From Afipia sp. (GTDB lineage: Bacteria; Pseudomonadota; Alphaproteobacteria; Rhizobiales; Xanthobacteraceae): 32,000 nt of DNA. Below the pieces are notes generated by a model, which ran no database searches, was not told where the DNA came from, and worked only from the letters and a program-made list of their open reading frames with translations. Location: contig JBQCHK010000027.1 of assembly GCA_051954725.1 (NCBI GenBank), forward strand, positions 112,269-144,268, given 5' to 3'. Positions 26,829-32,000 of the stretch are shown piece by piece (position 1 is the stretch's first letter; each line of letters begins with the position of its first letter). The position numbers and the translations under genes are program-made.

Positions 26829-27080
26829 ACATCACTCCCCTTAGAAGCGGCCTCGTCCGGCGCAAGCCGTCGCTGCTCTTGGATTATTTACCGGATGTTA
26901 CGCGGCTTCCCGCTCCGGTTATTCGGACGGCAGGAAACCATACCCGCGTTCGCGCCGCAATATCCCTGGCGGAAAGTTGTATGATGACCTGACCGGTGAG
27001 ATTGCGTGCTCCAAACCGGCATGCGAACATTACGATGCGTGCAACACCCGATGATCCGTGTGCACTGCGGGAGAAAAATT

Positions 27081-28892
27081 GTGAATAAAAGCGGCACCCC
27101 CGACACGACCAAGCGCAAACTTCGTTCCGAACTCTGGTTCAACAATCCTGACAATCCGGGCATGACCGCGCTCTATCTCGAGCGGTATCTGAACTATGGA
27201 CTGACACGTCAGGAACTGCAGTCCGGCAAACCGATCATCGGTATCGCCCAGACCGGCAACGACCTCTCACCTTGCAACCGGCATCACATCGAACTCGCGC
27301 ATCGCGTGCGCGAGGGCATTCGCGAGGCTGGCGGCATCGCGATGGAATTTCCGACCCACCCGATTCAGGAAACCGGCAAGCGCCCGACTGCGGCGCTCGA
27401 CCGCAACCTTGCGTACCTCAGCCTCGTGGAAGTCCTGTTCGGCTATCCGCTCGATGGCGTGGTGCTGACCACCGGTTGCGACAAGACGACGCCCGCCTGC
27501 ATGATGGCGGCAGCCACGGTGAATATTCCGGCGATCGTGCTGTCGGGCGGGCCGATGCTCAACGGCTGGTTCAAGGGCGAGCGCACCGGTTCGGGCACCG
27601 TGGTCTGGAAAGCGCGGGAGGATCTTGCTGCCGGTAAAATCGACTACGAGCAGTTCATGGAGATTGTCGCATCGTCCGCACCGTCGGTCGGACACTGCAA
27701 TACCATGGGCACCGCCTCGACGATGAACTCGCTGGCTGAAGCGCTCGGATTCTCACTCCCGGGCTGCGCGGCGATCCCCGCGCCCTATCGCGAGCGCGGC
27801 CAGATCGCCTATGAAACCGGCAAACGCGCCGTCGAAATGGTGTGGGAAGATCTCAAGCCATCCGACATCCTGACCCGCAAGGCGTTCGAGAACTGCATCG
27901 TGGTCAACTCGGCGATCGGCGGATCGACCAACGCGCCGATCCATATCAATGCGCTGGCACGACACATCGGCGTCGAACTCTCGATCGACGACTGGCAGAA
28001 ATTCGGCCACGACGTGCCGCTGCTGGTCAACATGCAGCCCGCCGGCTTTTATCTCGGCGAGGAATACCACCGCGCTGGCGGCGTGCCCGCAGTGATCCGC
28101 GAGCTGATGAAGCACAAGCGCATCCATGAGGATGCCCTCACCGCCAACGGCCGCACCATGGGTGAGAACTGCCGTAATGCTCCCACGCCGGACAATGACG
28201 TGATCTGGGCTTACGACAAGCCGCTGGTGAAGGATGCCGGCTTCGTGGTTCTGCGCGGCAACCTGTTCGATTCCGCGATCATGAAGACCAGCGTGATCTC
28301 GAAGGAATTCCGCGATCGCTATCTGTCGGATCCGAAGAGTCCCAACGCCTTCGAGGGCCGGGCCATTGTTTTCGAGGGTCCAGAGGACTATCACCATCGC
28401 ATCGACGATCCATCGCTGAACATCGACGAACATTGCATGCTGTTCGTGCGCGGCGTCGGACCCATCGGCTACCCCGGTGGCGCTGAGGTCGTGAACATGC
28501 AGCCGCCGGCGGCGTTGATCAAAAAAGGCATCACCTCACTGCCCTGCATCGGCGATGGCCGGCAGTCCGGGACCTCGGGCTCTCCGTCCATTCTCAATGC
28601 CTCGCCGGAAGCTGCCGCCAACGGCGGCCTCGCCATCCTGCGTACCGGCGACCGCGTGCGCATCGACCTCAACAAGGGCGAAGCGAACATCCTGATCTCG
28701 GACGAGGAGGTGAAAGCGCGCCACGCCGAACTCATGGCAAAGGGCGGCTTCCCTCACCCGAAGAACCAGACGCCATGGCAGGAGCTTTACCGCGACACGG
28801 TCGGTCAGCACGCCACCGGTGCGTGCCTCGAACTGGCGACGCGCTATCGCAACATCGCCGGCACCATCGGCGTCGCCCGCGACAATCACTGA
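27081..28892 (+). CDS. IlvD/Edd-family sugar-acid dehydratase (pentonate/hexonate dehydratase subgroup)
   Basis: ORF 27006..28892, trimmed to GTG 27081 (GGGAG at 27069-27073, 7-nt spacing). The N-terminus [30 protein letters not shown] is like aldonate dehydratases, not IlvD or Edd proper. Cluster Cys contexts: [26 protein letters not shown]. The C-terminal motif is [27 protein letters not shown]. Confidence 0.92.
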   Translation: MNKSGTPDTTKRKLRSELWFNNPDNPGMTALYLERYLNYGLTRQELQSGKPIIGIAQTGNDLSPCNRHHIELAHRVREGIREAGGIAMEFPTHPIQETGKRPTAALDRNLAYLSLVEVLFGYPLDGVVLTTGCDKTTPACMMAAATVNIPAIVLSGGPMLNGWFKGERTGSGTVVWKAREDLAAGKIDYEQFMEIVASSAPSVGHCNTMGTASTMNSLAEALGFSLPGCAAIPAPYRERGQIAYETGKRAVEMVWEDLKPSDILTRKAFENCIVVNSAIGGSTNAPIHINALARHIGVELSIDDWQKFGHDVPLLVNMQPAGFYLGEEYHRAGGVPAVIRELMKHKRIHEDALTANGRTMGENCRNAPTPDNDVIWAYDKPLVKDAGFVVLRGNLFDSAIMKTSVISKEFRDRYLSDPKSPNAFEGRAIVFEGPEDYHHRIDDPSLNIDEHCMLFVRGVGPIGYPGGAEVVNMQPPAALIKKGITSLPCIGDGRQSGTSGSPSILNASPEAAANGGLAILRTGDRVRIDLNKGEANILISDEEVKARHAELMAKGGFPHPKNQTPWQELYRDTVGQHATGACLELATRYRNIAGTIGVARDNH

Positions 28893-28896
28893 ACGC

Positions 28897-28927
28897 CTGC
28901 CCCGGACGCAGCACTGCTCCGGGGCAG
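28897..28927 (+). other. Intercistronic stem-loop without a U-tract between the dehydratase and the first SDR
   Basis: A perfect 10-bp stem, CTGCCCCGGA (28897-28906) / TCCGGGGCAG (28918-28927), with an 11-nt loop. It is followed by CCCGCCATAAG, so there is no T-run. It lies 4 nt after the stop and 30 nt before the next ATG. Confidence 0.55.
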
Positions 28928-28957
28928 CCCGCCATAAGACAATCGCAAGGACCACAC

Positions 28958-29692
28958 ATGTCTGATCGGCTGAAAGGCAAGCGCGCATTCGTGACCGCAG
29001 CGGCGGTTGGGATCGGCCGCGCCTGCGCACTGGCATTCGCTCGAGAGGGCGCCACAGTAATCGCCACCGACATCGACGAAAAAGGCGTCGCCAGCCTCAC
29101 CAAGGAAGGCGTCAAGGAAACAGCGAAACTTGACGCCCGGGACACCGCAGCCGTCAACGCCATGGCCCGGCAGGTCGGCAATGTCGACATCCTGCTCAAT
29201 GCCGCCGGCTTTGTGCATCATGGCACTGTGCTGGAATGCTCCGAGGACGACTGGGACTTCTCGTTCGACCTCAACGTGAAATCCATGCACCGTACGATCC
29301 GCGCGTTCCTGCCCGCGATGCTCGAAAACGGTGGCGGCTCGATCGTCAACATCTCCTCCGCCGCGGGCGTCTACAAGGCGGCGCCCAACCGCTACGTTTA
29401 CAGCGCGACCAAATCGGCGGTCGCCGCCCTCACCCGCGCGGTGGCAGTGGACTTCATCACCAAGGGTATCCGCTGCAACGCTATCTGCCCGGGCACCATC
29501 GAAACACCATCGATGCTCGGCCGCGCGGCGTCGCTCGGCTCGGGTGGGCGTGAAATGTTCGTCAGCCGCCAGCCTATGGGCCGGCTCGGCACCGCGGAGG
29601 AAATCGCGATGCTCGCGGTTTATCTCGCCAGCGACGAAAGCGCATTTACGACAGGCGTCGCACACATCATCGATGGCGGCTGGACGTTATAA
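28958..29692 (+). CDS. Short-chain dehydrogenase/reductase, BDH2/DHRS6-like (2-keto-3-deoxy-sugar-acid dehydrogenase type)
   Basis: ORF 28775..29692, trimmed to ATG 28958 (AAGGA upstream), giving 244 aa. Motifs: LKGKRAFVTAAAVGIGRACALAFAREGATVIATDI, then NAAGFVHHGTVLECSEDDWDFSFDLNVKSM, YSATKSAV (YxxxK) and IRCNAICPGTIETPS. The C-terminus LASDESAFTTGVAHIIDGGWTL closely resembles my memory of the DHRS6 / 2-keto-3-deoxy-L-fuconate dehydrogenase group. Confidence 0.88.
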   Translation: MSDRLKGKRAFVTAAAVGIGRACALAFAREGATVIATDIDEKGVASLTKEGVKETAKLDARDTAAVNAMARQVGNVDILLNAAGFVHHGTVLECSEDDWDFSFDLNVKSMHRTIRAFLPAMLENGGGSIVNISSAAGVYKAAPNRYVYSATKSAVAALTRAVAVDFITKGIRCNAICPGTIETPSMLGRAASLGSGGREMFVSRQPMGRLGTAEEIAMLAVYLASDESAFTTGVAHIIDGGWTL

Positions 29693-29715
29693 GAAACGAA
29701 TCTGGGAGATTGACT

Positions 29716-30462
29716 GTGAACAAGATCGATCTGAGCGGACGGTTCGCCGTCGTCACCGGCGGTGCGCAGGGCTTCGGCCGCGCTATCGCCGAACGATTCG
29801 TGGAATCGGGTGCCAAGGTAGCGATATGGGATCACGACCAGGCCCTGAGCGAAAAAACCGCCAAGGAAATCGGTCCCGCGGTGATCGCGCTTAAGGTCGA
29901 TGTGACCGATCCCGCCGCTGTCGATGCAGCAAGAGACGCAACGATCAAGGCGTTCGGCCGCATCGACATTCTGGTCAACAACGCGGGGATTGCTGGTGTC
30001 AACAAGACTGTCGCCGACCTCAGCGTTGACGAGTGGCGTCAGGTCATGCGGATCAATCTCGACGGCCCCTTTATCTGCTGCAAGGCTGTGGTGCCCGCAA
30101 TGGTGAAGCAGAACTATGGCCGCATCATCAACATCGCATCGATCGCCGGCAAGGAAGGCAATCCCAACGCCTCGCACTATTCGGCATCAAAAGCAGGCGT
30201 GATCGCGCTCACCAAATCGCTCGGCAAGGAACTGGCCGGCACCGACATCGCCGTCAACGCCGTGACCCCCGCCGCGGCCAAGACCGCGATCTTTGACCAG
30301 ATGACCCAGCAGCATATCGACTTCATGCTGTCGAAGATTCCGCGTGGGCGCTTCCTGAAGGTGGAGGAACTGGCGTCGCTGGTCGCCTGGATGGCATCCG
30401 AGGAATGCCTTTACACCACCGGCGCAGTGTTCGACATTTCCGGCGGCCGCGCGACGTATTGA
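29716..30462 (+). CDS. Short-chain dehydrogenase/reductase (FabG-like classical SDR)
   Basis: The ORF is listed from TTG 29710. GTG 29716 is better placed relative to GGGAG at 29704-29708. Motifs: LSGRFAVVTGGAQGFGRAIA, NNAGI, YSASKAGV (YxxxK), NAVTPAA. Confidence 0.88.
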   Translation: MNKIDLSGRFAVVTGGAQGFGRAIAERFVESGAKVAIWDHDQALSEKTAKEIGPAVIALKVDVTDPAAVDAARDATIKAFGRIDILVNNAGIAGVNKTVADLSVDEWRQVMRINLDGPFICCKAVVPAMVKQNYGRIINIASIAGKEGNPNASHYSASKAGVIALTKSLGKELAGTDIAVNAVTPAAAKTAIFDQMTQQHIDFMLSKIPRGRFLKVEELASLVAWMASEECLYTTGAVFDISGGRATY

Positions 30463-30492
30463 GCAAGAGGGCGGCGTTCTCAGGAGACGGGA

Positions 30493-31359
30493 ATGACGAT
30501 GGACGCTCCGCAAATTGACCAGCAAAATGCTGACCAGGCCGCCTACTGGAACGGACCAGCCGGCCGGCATTGGACCGAACGACAGCAGATTCAGGACCTC
30601 GTCCTTGCGCCTGTCTCGCGGATTCTGATCGAGCGTGCCGGCATCACTCCGGAGACACACGCCCTTGACGTTGGCTGCGGCTGCGGCGCCACAACCATCG
30701 AGATTGGAAAGCAGCTTGGACCGGCGGGCCGTGTGCTCGGCCTCGACATTTCCGCGCCGATGCTGGCCCGGGCGCGCGAACTCGCGCCGGAAGGCGCCCC
30801 CATCGATTTTGTTCTAGCGGATGCAACCACGTACGCGTTCGAACCGCAGTCCTTCGATCTATTGGTCTCACGGTTCGGCGTGATGTTCTTTGCCGATCCC
30901 GTCGCATCGTTCGCGAATCTGCGAACAGCCCTGAAACACGGCGGCTGCGTCGCGTTCGCCTGCTGGCGCGAACCGCGACAGAATCCATGGATGATGGTGC
31001 CGTTGAAGGCCGCCTACAAACACGTGCCGAAACTTCCCGAAATGGCGCCGCACGATCCGGGGCCGTTCGCCTTCGCGCAGGAAGACTGGGTGCGACACAT
31101 CCTGACATCGGCCGGCTTCTCGTCGATCGCGATGGAGCCTCACGATGTCCAACTGGACATCGCGGTTGGGCGTGGACTGGAAGCCGCGATCGAAGGCGCG
31201 CTGGAGATTGGACCGGCCAGCCGCGCACTCGAGGGACAACCCGAGCATCTGCGAGAGGCGGCGATTGCGTCGATCCGCGAAACTCTTCGGCCTCTCGTCA
31301 CGGACGGGAAAGTGCCGCTGGGCGGATCGATCTGGCTCGTTTCGGCAACGAATCCCTGA
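30493..31359 (+). CDS. Class I SAM-dependent methyltransferase (substrate unknown)
   Basis: 288 aa. GGAGACGGGA Shine-Dalgarno upstream. Motif I: ALDVGCGCGATTIEIG. The post-I acidic residue is in VLGLDIS. It starts 30 nt after the second SDR. Confidence 0.85.
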   Translation: MTMDAPQIDQQNADQAAYWNGPAGRHWTERQQIQDLVLAPVSRILIERAGITPETHALDVGCGCGATTIEIGKQLGPAGRVLGLDISAPMLARARELAPEGAPIDFVLADATTYAFEPQSFDLLVSRFGVMFFADPVASFANLRTALKHGGCVAFACWREPRQNPWMMVPLKAAYKHVPKLPEMAPHDPGPFAFAQEDWVRHILTSAGFSSIAMEPHDVQLDIAVGRGLEAAIEGALEIGPASRALEGQPEHLREAAIASIRETLRPLVTDGKVPLGGSIWLVSATNP

Positions 31360-31361
31360 CC

Positions 31362-32000
31362 CTACATTGTCGCGCCGAGTACCCATGGCGCGAATTCGGC
31401 CGCGCCGAAATCGAACGTCTCGCTCTTGGTCTGCTCACCGGACGCAACGCGCAGGATCAGATCGAAAATCCGCTGGCCGCACTGCTGCACGCTCTCGTCA
31501 CCATCGAGAATGGTGCCGCAGTTGACATCCATGTCGTCTTCCATCCGCCTGTACATCGGCGTGTTGGTGGCGAGTTTGATCGAGGGCGACGGCTTGCAGC
31601 CGAATACGCTGCCGCGCCCTGTGGTGAAGCAGACGAGATTTGCGCCGCCCGCCACCTGCCCTGTCGCGGCCACCGGATCGAAACCGGGCGTGTCCATGAA
31701 CACGAATCCCTTTCTCGTCACCGTTTCGGCATAGGCGACAACGTCAACGAGATTGGTGCTGCCCGCCTTGGCCATGGCACCGAGAGATTTCTCCAGAATG
31801 GTGGTCAGTCCGCCAGCCTTGTTGCCGGGGCTGGGGTTGGAGTCCATCTCCGCGCCCTCGCGCTCGGTGTACTCTTCCCACCAGCGCATCAGCGCGACCA
31901 GCTTTTCGCCGACCTCGCGGCTGACGGCACGGCGCGTCAACAGATGTTCGGCGCCATAGGTTTCCGGCGTCTCCGACAGGATGACCGTGCCACCGTGGCG
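31362..32000 (-). CDS. UxaA/GarD-family sugar-acid dehydratase (altronate/galactarate dehydratase-like). Only the C-terminal 212 codons are present; the gene starts beyond the right edge.
   Basis: ORF 31362..31940 extends in frame to 32000 (hand translation ...RHGGTVILSETPETYGAEHLLTRRAVSREVGEKL...). Motifs: NPSPGNKAGGLTTILEKSLGA...FMDTPGFDPVAATGQVAGGANLVCFTTGRGS, which is the UxaA C-terminal domain pattern. Confidence 0.85.
   Translation of the reverse strand, partial: RHGGTVILSETPETYGAEHLLTRRAVSREVGEKLVALMRWWEEYTEREGAEMDSNPSPGNKAGGLTTILEKSLGAMAKAGSTNLVDVVAYAETVTRKGFVFMDTPGFDPVAATGQVAGGANLVCFTTGRGSVFGCKPSPSIKLATNTPMYRRMEDDMDVNCGTILDGDESVQQCGQRIFDLILRVASGEQTKSETFDFGAAEFAPWVLGATM

Noticed and set aside
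26888-26921. An inverted repeat ACCGGA-N18-TCCGGT (plus a third TTCGGA), considered as an operator for the sugar-acid locus
   Set aside because: The arms are only 6 bp with a long spacer, which is expected by chance in GC-rich DNA. There is no cognate regulator in the window to anchor the call.
26967-26981. A sigma-54-like TGGCGG-aaag-TTGTA in the divergent region between the ABC operon and the dehydratase gene
   Set aside because: The GG to (G)C spacing is one nt short of the TGGCAC-N5-TTGC geometry. The -12 element reads TTGT rather than TTGC. No enhancer-binding protein gene is nearby.
27006-27080. The upstream GTG start (27006) for the IlvD/Edd-family dehydratase
   Set aside because: It adds 25 residues ([24 protein letters not shown]) that are not family-like and has no ribosome-binding site. 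GTG 27081 has a GGGAG 7 nt upstream and gives the usual N-terminus.

Overview
This is a high-GC (roughly 60-65% by eye) alphaproteobacterial chromosome segment. Gene content and order resemble Rhodopseudomonas/Bradyrhizobium-type genomes. Coding density is very high, and essentially every long ORF not listed here is an antisense or off-frame shadow of a real gene. LEFT HALF (1-16.9 kb): a nearly complete hopanoid biosynthesis and export supercluster. It comprises a partial class III aminotransferase (hpnO-like), a secreted DUF2147 protein, hpnN, the + strand operon dxs-ispH-hpnH, and the - strand string hpnP-like/hpnB/hpnC/hpnD/hpnE/shc/hpnG, most of whose junctions overlap or nearly abut. MIDDLE: an MDR-family NADP oxidoreductase and a GGT-family protein without a signal peptide. 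RIGHT HALF (19.8-32 kb): a sugar-acid catabolic locus. Its - strand operon is ABC ATPase, binding protein, two permeases, a DenD-like dehydrogenase, kdgK and eda. The divergent + strand operon is an IlvD/Edd-family sugar-acid dehydratase, two SDRs and a SAM methyltransferase. A partial convergent UxaA/GarD-family dehydratase ends the window. I found no rRNA, tRNA, CRISPR, IS/transposase/integrase/phage genes, recognisable defence genes, or any transcription-factor gene. I do not see a clearly new multi-gene system. The most checkable non-obvious signals are: (1) an exact EcfG-type GGAAC-N16-CGTT promoter in front of the hpnP-like gene; (2) the uncharacterised glycosyltransferase hpnB, translationally coupled to hpnC; (3) a DUF2147 secreted protein wedged against hpnN; (4) a low-GC leader upstream of the TPP-dependent Dxs with partial, collinear TPP-riboswitch-like blocks (probably not a functional riboswitch); (5) a sugar-acid locus mixing phosphorylative and non-phosphorylative 2-keto-3-deoxy-acid routes, with a DenD-like enzyme and a methyltransferase in unusual contexts. 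All family assignments come from motif recognition by eye and memory. No searches were run.
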